Shown: piece after piece, positions 20,400 through 29,424 of the stretch
Numbering within the stretch: the first letter of the stretch is position 1
Layout of the letters: every line of letters starts with the position of its first letter
Origin: an uncultured delta proteobacterium
GTDB taxonomy: Bacteria > Myxococcota_A > UBA9160 > SZUA-336
Direction: 5' to 3'
DNA length: 64,000 bases
Assembly: GCA_963704165.1 (NCBI GenBank)
Contig: CAVPHD010000002.1
Span: forward strand, 64,001 to 128,000
The notes under the pieces: model-generated
The model's input: only the letters and a program-made list of their open reading frames with translations
Database searches by the model: none
What the model was told of the DNA's origin: nothing
Program-made: the position numbers and the translations under genes

Positions 20400-21443
20400 A
20401 TGTCAGGGGTGGTGCCGTCTACGGAATCGGGCTCACCGACTGGAGGGACGGGTTCGCCGCGCGCCGGAACGCCGGTCGCCGCGCGACGACGCGGTGATCG
20501 CCTGGTCGGGACGAGCCGACCGATCCAGCGGGCGCTCGAGCAGATCTCCGTCGCGGGACGCGGTCGGTTCCCTGTCTTCGTTTCGGCCGAGGAAGGCGCC
20601 GAGAAAGAGCTGATCGCCCGCCTGATCCATGAATCCAGTGACTGGACGACGGGCGGTTTCTTCGCGCTCGACGCCTCACTCGTCCCCGAGAGACTGCTCG
20701 CTCGCGAGCTGCTCGGTTGTGAACGCGGCGTGCTGCCCTCGCTGCCTGCGGAGTCGAACGGCGCGTTTCAACGCACGGTCGGCGGAACCGTCCTGATCGA
20801 CCGCATCGAGACGATCCCCAAGGATCTTCAGCAGGGGCTCGCGCTCGCGCTCGGCGAGGGAAGGATCCGGCGCGTCGGTGCATCCTCGACCATTCCGCTG
20901 GAGTGCCGGGTGATCGGATCGAGCGTCGAGAGCCTCGACGCACTCGTCGGAAACGGATCGCTCGACCCCGATCTCGGCGAGCGACTGCGTCTGCTCGAGA
21001 TCCGAGTTCCCGGTCTTCGAGAGCGGCGCGAGGACGTGCTTCCTCTCGCGGCGAGGGCCTTGTCGATCGCGAGCGAGGAGATCGAGCGGGAGCTCGGTCG
21101 GCCCGCGACGGCACGCGGCTTCACGCGAGAGGCCTCGGAGCGGCTGCGCGACTACAACTGGCCCGGGAATGAGCGAGAGCTGCTCGAACGCGTCCGCGCC
21201 GCCGTCCGCATGGCGAGAGGCGAAGAGATCGATGCCGAGGACCTCTCGCTCGGAACCCCCTCGAGCGACGAGGTGCCATCGTTCCGGGACGCCAAGCGCG
21301 CCTTCGAGCGCGAGTACGTCGGTCGCGTGTTGCGCATGTGCGGCGGCAACATCAGCCGCGCCGCACGCATCGCGAAAAAGGACCGGAAGGACTTCTACGA
21401 CGTGCTGCGCCGCAACCAGATCGATCCGGACGACTTCCGCTAG
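20400..21443 (+). CDS. Sigma54-interaction-domain/Fis-HTH regulator with degenerate ATPase motifs
   Basis: LRERREDV, WPGNEREL, GlrR-like HTH; Walker A/B and GAFTGA altered. Confidence 0.85.
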   Translation: MSGVVPSTESGSPTGGTGSPRAGTPVAARRRGDRLVGTSRPIQRALEQISVAGRGRFPVFVSAEEGAEKELIARLIHESSDWTTGGFFALDASLVPERLLARELLGCERGVLPSLPAESNGAFQRTVGGTVLIDRIETIPKDLQQGLALALGEGRIRRVGASSTIPLECRVIGSSVESLDALVGNGSLDPDLGERLRLLEIRVPGLRERREDVLPLAARALSIASEEIERELGRPATARGFTREASERLRDYNWPGNERELLERVRAAVRMARGEEIDAEDLSLGTPSSDEVPSFRDAKRAFEREYVGRVLRMCGGNISRAARIAKKDRKDFYDVLRRNQIDPDDFR

Positions 21444-21479
21444 CCCCCACCTCGACGGCCCGGTCGGCGCGCTATTCTC

Positions 21480-22289
21480 GTGCCGATGATCGCCGCGGTC
21501 GTGCAGATGACATCGGGTCCGGTGCTCGCGCCAAATCTCTCGCGCGCAGCCGAGCTGATCGAGCGCGCGGCGCGTCGTGGCGCGGAGCTCGTCGCCCTGC
21601 CCGAGAACTTCGCGCTCATGCGCGAGGGCGGCGCGTCCGCTCCGCATCCGCACGCCCAGGATCTGCCGGAAGGCGAGATCGTGCGCTTCCTCCGCGACCG
21701 TGCGGCGGAGCACCGCATCGTGCTCGCCGGCGGCACGTTCCCCGAACGGATCGTCGGCGACGAACGAGTCTTCAACACCTCGGTCGTGATCGATCGGACC
21801 GGCGATCTGCTCGCGCGCTACCGCAAGATCCACCTGTTCGACGTGGACCTCCCCGGCGCCGTGCATCGGGAGTCGGCGAGCGTGGCGCCGGGTAGCGAGG
21901 TCGTGGTTGCGAAGCTCGCGGCCTGCACGCTCGGGCTCTCGGTCTGCTACGACGTGCGCTTTCCCGAGCTCTACCGCGCGCTCGTCGATCTCGGCGCCAA
22001 CGTCCTGCTCGTACCCGCGGCGTTCACGGTGCCCACGGGCCGCGATCACTGGGAGGTCCTGCTGCGCGCGCGCGCGATCGAGAGCCAATCGTTCGTGATC
22101 GCTGCGGCGCAGTGGGGCGAGCACGGCGCGACGCGTCGGTCGTATGGACGCGCGCAGGTCGTCGATCCGTGGGGCACCGTCCTGTGCACGGTGCCCGATG
22201 GCGAAGGCGTCGCACTCGCGGAGCTCGACTTCTCGCGGCTCGAGGACGTGCGCCGTCGCCTCCCCTCTCTGCGACATCGCCGCCTCTAG
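21480..22289 (+). CDS. Carbon-nitrogen hydrolase (Nit1-like)
   Basis: LPEN, YRKIHLFDV, CYDVRFPELY, RARAIE. Confidence 0.92.
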   Translation: MPMIAAVVQMTSGPVLAPNLSRAAELIERAARRGAELVALPENFALMREGGASAPHPHAQDLPEGEIVRFLRDRAAEHRIVLAGGTFPERIVGDERVFNTSVVIDRTGDLLARYRKIHLFDVDLPGAVHRESASVAPGSEVVVAKLAACTLGLSVCYDVRFPELYRALVDLGANVLLVPAAFTVPTGRDHWEVLLRARAIESQSFVIAAAQWGEHGATRRSYGRAQVVDPWGTVLCTVPDGEGVALAELDFSRLEDVRRRLPSLRHRRL

Positions 22290-22337
22290 CCCCGGGTCCT
22301 CTCAAGCGGCCTCCGGGCGCTGCCGATTCCGGCTGCG

Positions 22338-22631
22338 ATGGCGAGAGCAGCGCTCATCGTGCGCGTGGCCGGACGGCCCGACGTGGTTTTCGAGATCGTC
22401 TCGGCCGAGACGCTGATCGGACGCGCGCCGACCTGCAGCTTGCAGCTCACCGACGAGAGCATCAGCCGCGAGCACTCGGTGGTCCTGGCCGACGACGACA
22501 CGTACGTCCTCGAAGACCTGCAGAGCACCAACGGCATCAAGGTCAACGGCAAGCGCGTGCGCTCCACGGAGCTCGGCCACGGAGACGAGATCGAGATCGG
22601 CCAGACCCGCCTGATCTTCACGCTCGAGTAG
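22338..22631 (+). CDS. Stand-alone FHA domain protein
   Basis: IGR, ISREH, DLQSTNGI.VNG, GDEIEIG. Confidence 0.9.
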   Translation: MARAALIVRVAGRPDVVFEIVSAETLIGRAPTCSLQLTDESISREHSVVLADDDTYVLEDLQSTNGIKVNGKRVRSTELGHGDEIEIGQTRLIFTLE

Positions 22632-22728
22632 AGGGACCGGACGGAAGTCCTTTTCCCAGTTTGGCATCGGCGGCGCCCTGCCCCGCTCCCCCGCTCCGCG
22701 AAATCGCATCCTCGAGCGGGCATGCCGC

Positions 22729-23028
22729 TTGCTCTCGGTCCCCGATGTGAAATTCCACTGGTTGTCGCAGCGCGCGCGGGAGATCGTCTCGGAGGCGCTC
22801 CAGAGCGAGATCGAGGCCGAGCTCGAGGTCGAGCGCATGCTCGTCGCGGGGGCCGTCGTCGTCCGCGAGGGCGAGCACTACCGCATCGAGAGCGGCGACG
22901 ATACCTGGAGCGAACTCGAGGCCCGATCGAGGCGACTCGAGGGCCTGTGCGACTGCGGCTCGCTGCTCTCGTCCGATGGCGTGCGAGCCCGGTGCCGGAG
23001 TTGCGGGCGCGAGTACCGGCAGATCTAG
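22729..23028 (+). CDS. Small hypothetical protein with C-terminal zinc ribbon
   Basis: CDCG...CRSCGREY at C-terminus. Confidence 0.55.
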   Translation: MLSVPDVKFHWLSQRAREIVSEALQSEIEAELEVERMLVAGAVVVREGEHYRIESGDDTWSELEARSRRLEGLCDCGSLLSSDGVRARCRSCGREYRQI

Positions 23029-23039
23029 CGCAGCTCCAC

Positions 23040-23699
23040 CTACACGCTCGCGCTGCTCTCCAGCTGCATCCGCTCCCAGCCCTCCTTCACGAGCCGACAG
23101 GCCTCCTCGGCCGAGTCCACCAGCGAGAAGAGCTTCAGGTCCTTCTTCGCGATCATCCCCATCTCGAGGACGCGAGTCTCGAGCCAGCCGATCAGGCCCG
23201 ACCAGTAATCGGAGCCGACCAGGATGACGGGAATGTCGCGGCACTTCCCGGTCTGCTTCAGCGTCAGGCACTCGAACATCTCGTCGAGCGTGCCGAAGCC
23301 GCCGGGCAGCATCACGAACGCGCAGGCGTACTTCACGAACATGACCTTGCGCACGAAGAAGTAGTCGAAGTGGATGGCGGTGTCGGCGTAGCCGTTGTCG
23401 TGCTGCTCGAAGGGCAGTTTGATGTTCAGCCCGATCGACGGCGCCTCGACCTCGTGCGCTCCCCGATTCGCCGCTTCCATCGCGCCCGGGCCGCCACCGG
23501 TGATCACCGCGAAGCCCTCGCGCCCGAGGCCGCGACCGATCTCGCGACCGAGGCGATACGTGTCGCTATCGACCGGCGCGCGCGCTCCGCCGAAGACCGA
23601 GACCGCCGGCCAGATCGGCCCGAGCGTCTCGAACCCCTCGACGAACTCCGCCATGATCCGGAAGATCGTCCACGTGTCTTTGCTGCGGAATTCCTTCAC
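23040..23699 (-). CDS. LOG family protein (TIGR00730)
   Basis: TGGGPGAMEAANRGA, FFVRK, PGGFGTLDE. Confidence 0.92.
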   Translation of the reverse strand: MKEFRSKDTWTIFRIMAEFVEGFETLGPIWPAVSVFGGARAPVDSDTYRLGREIGRGLGREGFAVITGGGPGAMEAANRGAHEVEAPSIGLNIKLPFEQHDNGYADTAIHFDYFFVRKVMFVKYACAFVMLPGGFGTLDEMFECLTLKQTGKCRDIPVILVGSDYWSGLIGWLETRVLEMGMIAKKDLKLFSLVDSAEEACRLVKEGWERMQLESSASV

Positions 23700-24579
23700 G
23701 GTCGTTCGTGCTATCGGAGCTTCGATCGGGCGAGTTGATCGGCGTCCCACAGCTCGTGCAGCGGACCCGAACGCGATGGCGCGATGCGACGTGCGTGCCG
23801 TCCTCCGACCGGAGGTCGAGACGAAGCTCGAACGTGGCGACGCGCACCCGGCCGTCGGGAACCAGCTCGGCCTCGGCTCGCGCGTCGAGCACGAGCTTGC
23901 CGTCGAGTCCATCGGTGACATGGAGAGACTCGCGCGTCACCGAGCCACTCGCGCGCAACCGATCGGGCCCGTCGGGCGAGAGCTCCCAGCGCAAAGGAAG
24001 CTCGACGCCGAGGTGGAATCGGCCGGTCTGCGGCACCGTGCGCCGCGCGACCCAGGCCCGCCCACCCTCGGGCGCGCGCGTGGGCAGCGCGACGAGCAGC
24101 CAGTCGAGCAGGGCGATGTCGAAGAGGATCGGGTGGGGGCTCTGCCAGACGGGTTCCAGCAGCTCCCCGTCGGTGTCGAGGTCGGCCGACGCCGCGGGTC
24201 GCGCACGGATCTCGAGCGGGGTGTCACCGCCGAGGGTCTTCTCGTTCGGCCCGAAACCGACGCGCCCGGTCTTCGCGGTCTGCACCCAGTAGCCCTTCTC
24301 CGAGATCGCCAGCTCGCTCGCTCCATCGGGCGCGCCTTCGGTGCGCGACGAGTAGCGTTCGATGTACAGCTCGACCGCGGTCTCGCCGGGCGTTTCGGTC
24401 TTCGCGCGCAGGATCAGATCCGCGAAGCGCACGCTCTTCACCTGCGTGCCGTCGATCTCGAAGTGCTCCTCGGCCTCGAATCGCCAGTGCTGCTCCGGTG
24501 AGTCACCGAAACCGTAGGGCGCGGGACCGGAGCCCGAGCACGCGAGCCAAGACAATCCGAGCAGGAGCGCACGCCGCAT
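23566..24579 (-). CDS. Hypothetical lipoprotein
   Basis: MRRALLLGLSWLAC lipobox; 3' end overlaps LOG gene so stop is uncertain. Confidence 0.55.
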   Translation of the reverse strand: MRRALLLGLSWLACSGSGPAPYGFGDSPEQHWRFEAEEHFEIDGTQVKSVRFADLILRAKTETPGETAVELYIERYSSRTEGAPDGASELAISEKGYWVQTAKTGRVGFGPNEKTLGGDTPLEIRARPAASADLDTDGELLEPVWQSPHPILFDIALLDWLLVALPTRAPEGGRAWVARRTVPQTGRFHLGVELPLRWELSPDGPDRLRASGSVTRESLHVTDGLDGKLVLDARAEAELVPDGRVRVATFELRLDLRSEDGTHVASRHRVRVRCTSCGTPINSPDRSSDSTNDREGIPQQRHVDDLPDHGGVRRGVRDARADLAGGLGLRRSARAGR

Positions 24580-24648
24580 CGGCGGCGGAGTCTCGCCCTG
24601 CCCGACCGGCGTTTCAAGCTGCCGCAGAGCTGTGTTACGGTTTCCGCG

Positions 24649-25269
24649 ATGGCGGAGCCCGGCAGTGCGCACCCGGACTACGGTGAAACCGCGCTGATCG
24701 CTCGTCTGCGGGCGAATGACGCGTCGGCCTTCGCCGAGGTCGTGCACGCGCAGGGTCCGCGAATGCTCGCCGTCTCGCGGCGGCTCCTGCGCAGCGACGA
24801 CGACGCGGCCGACGCGGTCCAGGAGGCCTTCATCTCCGCCTTTCGCGCGATCGGGAAGTTCGAGGGCGGAGCGCGGCTTTCGACCTGGCTGCACCGAATC
24901 GTCGTCAACACGTCCCTCATGCGGCTGCGAAAGCGCACGCGCCGGCCCGAGGTCTCGATCGACGAACTCCTGCCGCGGTTCGTCGAGGACGGCCACCACG
25001 TCGATGAACCGCGCGAGTGGAAGAGCCCCGAGCCGCTCGACGCTCTCGAACGCCGTGAGACGCGCACGCTGGTGCGTGATCTGATCGACCGGCTCCCGAC
25101 CGATTACCGCACGATCTTGTTGCTCCGAGACATCGAGGGTCTCGACACCAAGGAGACGGCGGAGCTCCTCGGCGTGACGTCGAACGCGGCGAAGATCCGC
25201 CTGCACCGCGCACGCCTGGCGCTGCGAAACCTGCTCGATCCACACATGCGTGCGCGAGGAATGCCGTGA
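24649..25269 (+). CDS. ECF RNA polymerase sigma factor
   Basis: DAVQEAF, STWLHRIVVN, KIRLHRAR. Confidence 0.93.
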   Translation: MAEPGSAHPDYGETALIARLRANDASAFAEVVHAQGPRMLAVSRRLLRSDDDAADAVQEAFISAFRAIGKFEGGARLSTWLHRIVVNTSLMRLRKRTRRPEVSIDELLPRFVEDGHHVDEPREWKSPEPLDALERRETRTLVRDLIDRLPTDYRTILLLRDIEGLDTKETAELLGVTSNAAKIRLHRARLALRNLLDPHMRARGMP

Positions 25270-25493
25270 ACTGCCGAGAATGCACCGAGTTCCTGCACGA
25301 CTACCTCGCGGGCGATCTGCCGGACAGCCAGCGCCGCGTATTCGAGGGTCACCTCGAGCTCTGCCCGCCCTGCGTCAGCTACCTCGAGAGCTACCGCAAG
25401 ACGCTCGAGCTCGGCGCGCTCGTCGCCGAAGAGCCGGCCGAGCCGCTCCCCGAAGCGCTGATTCGGGCCATCCTCGCCGCGCGCGCGAGCTGA
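25266..25493 (+). CDS. zf-HC2 (ZAS) soluble anti-sigma factor
   Basis: HLELCPPC; GTGA overlap with sigma gene; no TM. Confidence 0.9.
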   Translation: MNCRECTEFLHDYLAGDLPDSQRRVFEGHLELCPPCVSYLESYRKTLELGALVAEEPAEPLPEALIRAILAARAS

Positions 25494-25502
25494 ACGCTCG
25501 CG

Positions 25503-27023
25503 CTAACGGGACGAGCGGATCAGCGCCTTCAGCACACGCGCGACGAAGGGCGTGAGACGCGTTCGGGTGTAGGCCCCCGACGCCGCCTTGATCGCCTCGG
25601 CCTGGGTCGGGTACGGGAGAATCAGATCGACGAATCGGCCCAGGCCAAAACCCGCCGACATGGCGAGCGCGAGCGTCGCGATCAGCTCACCGGCGTGACG
25701 GGCGACGATCGTCGCACCGACGATCCGATCCTTGCCCTTCTCGACGTGGATCTTGACGAAGCCTTGATCCTCACCTTCGGCACGCGAGCGGTCGTTCGAA
25801 GCGAGCGGCGTGGTGTACGAGTCGATCTCGATCCCGTTCGCTTCGGCATCTCGCGCGTACCAGCCGACGTGAGCGATCTCGGGATCGGTGTAGGTACACC
25901 AGGGAATGCGCAACGACGACGCACGGCCGCGGCCGAAGAAGAACGCGTTTCGTACGACCAGCTTCGCCGCAGCGTCGGCGGCGTGTGTGAACTTCGTCGG
26001 CATGCAGACGTCACCCGCCGCGAAGATCCGACGGTTGGTCGTGCGCAGTCGGTCGTCCACCCGGACACCGAGCTTGGGATCGAACGCCACGCCGGCGACT
26101 TCGAGGCCGATGTCTTCGACGTTCGGCGCGCGCCCGACCCCGAGCAGGATCTCGTCGACGGCCAGCTCGCGTGCAGCGCCGGCGATGACCACGTGCAGGA
26201 GTTTCGCGTCCGCCCGACGCTCGATCCTCACGAGCGTCGCGCCGAGCACGAGCTCCACGCCGTCGCGCACGAGTGCGCGTTCGACGATTTCGGCCGCGTC
26301 CGGGTCCTCTCGGATCAGGATCCGCGGAGCGACCTCCACGAGCGTCACGTGCGAGCCCAGGCGCGCGAAGCACTGCGCGAGCTCGCATCCGATCGGCCCG
26401 GCTCCGATCACGGCGAGCCTCCGCGGTCGCTGCTCGAGCTCGAAGACGTTCTCGTTCGTCAGGAACCCGGCCTCGACGAGTCCGGGAATCGGCAGCGCGG
26501 ACGCGCGCGCACCCGTGGCGACGACGGCACGCTTGAATCGGAGTTCCGTGCCCGCGACCGCGAGCGAACGCGGGCCGGTGAAGCGCCCTTCGCCGAGAAA
26601 GACATCGACCCCGAGCTCCGCATAGCGTCTTGCAGAGTCGTGCGGCGCGATCTCCGCGCGCACCCGGCGGACGCGCGCCATGACCTCCGCGAAATCGACC
26701 TCCGTGCCTTCGGGGACGCGTACACCGAAGCGAGTCGCGTCGCGCACGTCGGACACGGCGCGCGCCGCTCGGATCAGCGTCTTCGACGGGACGCAGCCGA
26801 CGTTCAGGCAATCGCCGCCCATCAAGTGCCGCTCGACGAGCGCGACGCGCGCGCCGAGCCCCGCGGAGACGACAGCGGTGACGAGCCCCGCGGTTCCCGC
26901 GCCGAGCACGACCAACTCGTACCGCGAGGCCGGCTTCGGGTTCTTCCAGTCCGCCGGATGAACGCTCTCGATCAGCTTCTGGTTCCAGACGTCGAGAGGT
27001 CGGAGTGTTCCCGGCTCCGTCAC
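25503..27023 (-). CDS. Pyridine nucleotide-disulfide oxidoreductase (mercuric reductase/Lpd-like)
   Basis: GAGTAG, GGDCLNVGCVPSK, GAGPIG; no C-terminal CC. Confidence 0.9.
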   Translation of the reverse strand: MTEPGTLRPLDVWNQKLIESVHPADWKNPKPASRYELVVLGAGTAGLVTAVVSAGLGARVALVERHLMGGDCLNVGCVPSKTLIRAARAVSDVRDATRFGVRVPEGTEVDFAEVMARVRRVRAEIAPHDSARRYAELGVDVFLGEGRFTGPRSLAVAGTELRFKRAVVATGARASALPIPGLVEAGFLTNENVFELEQRPRRLAVIGAGPIGCELAQCFARLGSHVTLVEVAPRILIREDPDAAEIVERALVRDGVELVLGATLVRIERRADAKLLHVVIAGAARELAVDEILLGVGRAPNVEDIGLEVAGVAFDPKLGVRVDDRLRTTNRRIFAAGDVCMPTKFTHAADAAAKLVVRNAFFFGRGRASSLRIPWCTYTDPEIAHVGWYARDAEANGIEIDSYTTPLASNDRSRAEGEDQGFVKIHVEKGKDRIVGATIVARHAGELIATLALAMSAGFGLGRFVDLILPYPTQAEAIKAASGAYTRTRLTPFVARVLKALIRSSR

Positions 27024-27979
27024 GGCGCGAGCGCTCCGAAGCAGCTCGAGCCCGCGCCCGCGGTGCACCCAAAGCAGTGATCCGCGATCGCGATCGGCTC
27101 GCCCTCGAGTTCGTCGAGCGACTCGACCTCGAAGATCGTTCGCCGTTTTCCACCCGCCGGAAGCTCGAGCGCCTGGTTGAAGTCGCAGTCGTAAAGCTCG
27201 CCGCGCCAGTCCACCGACACCGTCGTGCGACACATCAGCCCCGGCACCGCGGCCGGGTTGAAGTGATTCACGAGCAGTGCCTGATAAGCCTGCAGCTCGC
27301 CGCGGCGAGACAGCCACTCGGCGTAGCGGCGAATCGGCATGTTGGTGATCGTCAGCAGTCGGTCGAAGACGATGCCGTGGCGATCCGCGAGCTCGCGCTT
27401 GTAGGTCCGCTCGAGCTCGACCTGCCCGGGCGGTAGGGACGCGTCGGTGGGGTTGTAGACCAGATCGAGTGTGAGTCCGCTGTCGGGCGTCCCGTAGCCG
27501 AGCGCGTTCAGCACCCGAAGCGCGTCGATGCTGCGCTCGAAGACAAAGCGGCCGCGCTGCTGATCGACGTTGGCGGACTCGTAGCACGGAAGCGAAGCGA
27601 CCACGGCGACGTGGTGGGAGGCCAGAAACCCCGCCGTGTCCTCCTGCCCGGGCTCGTCGAGGATCACGAGGTTGCAGCGATCGATGACGCGACGGCCGAG
27701 CTTCCTCGCTGCTCGGACCAAGGAGCGGAAGCTCGGGTGGAGCTCCGGCGCACCTCCCGTGACGTCGACGGTGTCGATGTTCGGGCTGCGCTCGAGCAGC
27801 GTGAGCGCGCGGTCGAGAGTGCGCTCGGCCATCGTCTCTTTGCGCCGCGGCGACGATTCGACGTGGCAGTGATGACAGGCGAGATTGCAGCGCCGCGTCA
27901 GGCTCAGCTGCAGCGTACGCGCCTCACCGCGGGCCAACGGCGGAAGACCTCGCTCTGCAAGCGCCGCCTCGAACCTCAT
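27020..27979 (-). CDS. arsS: ArsS-like radical SAM protein (rSAM/selenodomain family), Cys form
   Basis: CNLACHHCH, TGGAPEL, DRCNL, YDCDFNQ, HCFGCTAGAGSSC. Confidence 0.85.
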   Translation of the reverse strand: MRFEAALAERGLPPLARGEARTLQLSLTRRCNLACHHCHVESSPRRKETMAERTLDRALTLLERSPNIDTVDVTGGAPELHPSFRSLVRAARKLGRRVIDRCNLVILDEPGQEDTAGFLASHHVAVVASLPCYESANVDQQRGRFVFERSIDALRVLNALGYGTPDSGLTLDLVYNPTDASLPPGQVELERTYKRELADRHGIVFDRLLTITNMPIRRYAEWLSRRGELQAYQALLVNHFNPAAVPGLMCRTTVSVDWRGELYDCDFNQALELPAGGKRRTIFEVESLDELEGEPIAIADHCFGCTAGAGSSCFGALAP

Positions 27980-27995
27980 CGCCACCCCCGGCTTC

Positions 27996-28670
27996 TCATT
28001 CCGAAGCGAAGCTCAGCTCCGCGAACCACGCCACGGCTTCTCCACAGGTATCGTCCGCATCCGACATCACGGCGACGAACTCGACCGGCGGTGGCTCGGC
28101 GCCGAAGACGCGACGGTAGTCGTGCCGCACGTCGACCCGTGCTCCGTGCCACTCGCCGGTCGATTTCGCACCGAGCGAAATCATGCGCGACGAGGGGGCG
28201 TACGGGCTCGGCCACGTGCGGCCCGGCGACTCCGTCCCGGTCCAGACGTAGTTCAGCGCGCTGCCCGGCAACTCACCGCCGTAGATGAGTCCGGCGGCGC
28301 CGCGTTTCAATCGCTCCCAACGCGTCGCGCGCTCGGGGTCGAAGTGGAACGCGACATACACCCGCGCGGCGAAGTCGTCGCCGGACTTCTCGCGCGAATC
28401 CCGCTCGGCCAGGTCGCGATCGACGCGCCAGCGCCACGAGAGCCACGGTGTTCGCGCGAGGTCGAGCCCGGGTGCGGCGTGCAGAAGTGCGGAGGCGGAG
28501 CAATGCGCCTCTGCGCGCAGTACCGGATGGCCCTCGAATTCGGCAGGGTCGTAGCGGGTCTTCCTCTCGACGCGCGGGAACGAGAGCGGTTGCCAACCCT
28601 CGCCTCCCGGCGGCGGAAGGACGTAGGTCTGCGCGGTGAGGCCGGTCGCGAGAAGCCAGGTCGCAAGCAT
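27996..28670 (-). CDS. DUF3047 domain protein
   Basis: TPWLSWRWRV, GDDFAARVYV, LNYVW, MSDADDT. Confidence 0.85.
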   Translation of the reverse strand: MLATWLLATGLTAQTYVLPPPGGEGWQPLSFPRVERKTRYDPAEFEGHPVLRAEAHCSASALLHAAPGLDLARTPWLSWRWRVDRDLAERDSREKSGDDFAARVYVAFHFDPERATRWERLKRGAAGLIYGGELPGSALNYVWTGTESPGRTWPSPYAPSSRMISLGAKSTGEWHGARVDVRHDYRRVFGAEPPPVEFVAVMSDADDTCGEAVAWFAELSFASE

Positions 28671-28740
28671 CCGAGAGGACGTACGCAGGACCTCCGCGCT
28701 CGGTTGCAGCCACACGCCAGGGAGGCTAGCACTGCCTTCG

Positions 28741-29424
28741 ATGCGGATCGCAGCGCTCTTCGCCCTCGCCCTCGCGGCCTTGCCCGCGAACTCCAACGCG
28801 CAGAGCGAGTATCAACGTCCGGCGCACATGAAAGCGGACGAGATCGCGATCGCGTTCGTCGCGAGTCGCTACATCTCGCCCGTCACCTGCAAGCTGAAGG
28901 ACGGCAGCCAGGTCGATCTCTTCGACTCGATCGAACTGAAGGCCGCGCCCGAAGCCGGCGGTGGACGAGCGATCAAGGCGACGTTCTACGGGATCCAGGT
29001 CGCGGATGCGGAGTACTGCTACTCGACGATCGCGCGACGAGTCGTCGATCGGCGCGGCGTCCTGTACCTGCACTTCCGCACGCGCAACCGCCCCGAGTTC
29101 GGGATGTCCGACTTCCGCCGCATGGCGAAGGCGGGCCCGCTCACGTACAACGCGCACCGGGGCGAGCTACAGGTGCGGGCGATCGGCGACGAAGGCGCCG
29201 CGCAGGAGGAACCGCGCGTCATCGCGTTCGACGGCGGCGACAGCCGCCTCGTCGTCGAGGGCGTCACCGACGGCAGCGATGGTGCGAAGCTGATCACGCA
29301 CTACCTCGAGAAGAACGAGCTGACGGAGCTTCCGCGCGGCCGCTTCTTCAGCTTCCGCTTCGTCGCGAAGGACGGCAGCGAGTTCACGTACTGGGCGATC
29401 GAGGACGACCGCCGGTGGAAGTAG
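28741..29424 (+). CDS. Hypothetical secreted protein
   Basis: Signal peptide, 227 aa. Confidence 0.65.
   Translation: MRIAALFALALAALPANSNAQSEYQRPAHMKADEIAIAFVASRYISPVTCKLKDGSQVDLFDSIELKAAPEAGGGRAIKATFYGIQVADAEYCYSTIARRVVDRRGVLYLHFRTRNRPEFGMSDFRRMAKAGPLTYNAHRGELQVRAIGDEGAAQEEPRVIAFDGGDSRLVVEGVTDGSDGAKLITHYLEKNELTELPRGRFFSFRFVAKDGSEFTYWAIEDDRRWK

Noticed and set aside
25503..27023. True merA mercury resistance
   Set aside because: No C-terminal CC pair, no NmerA domain, no mer operon
27020..27060. Selenocysteine at the ArsS C-terminus
   Set aside because: Codon is TGC (Cys)
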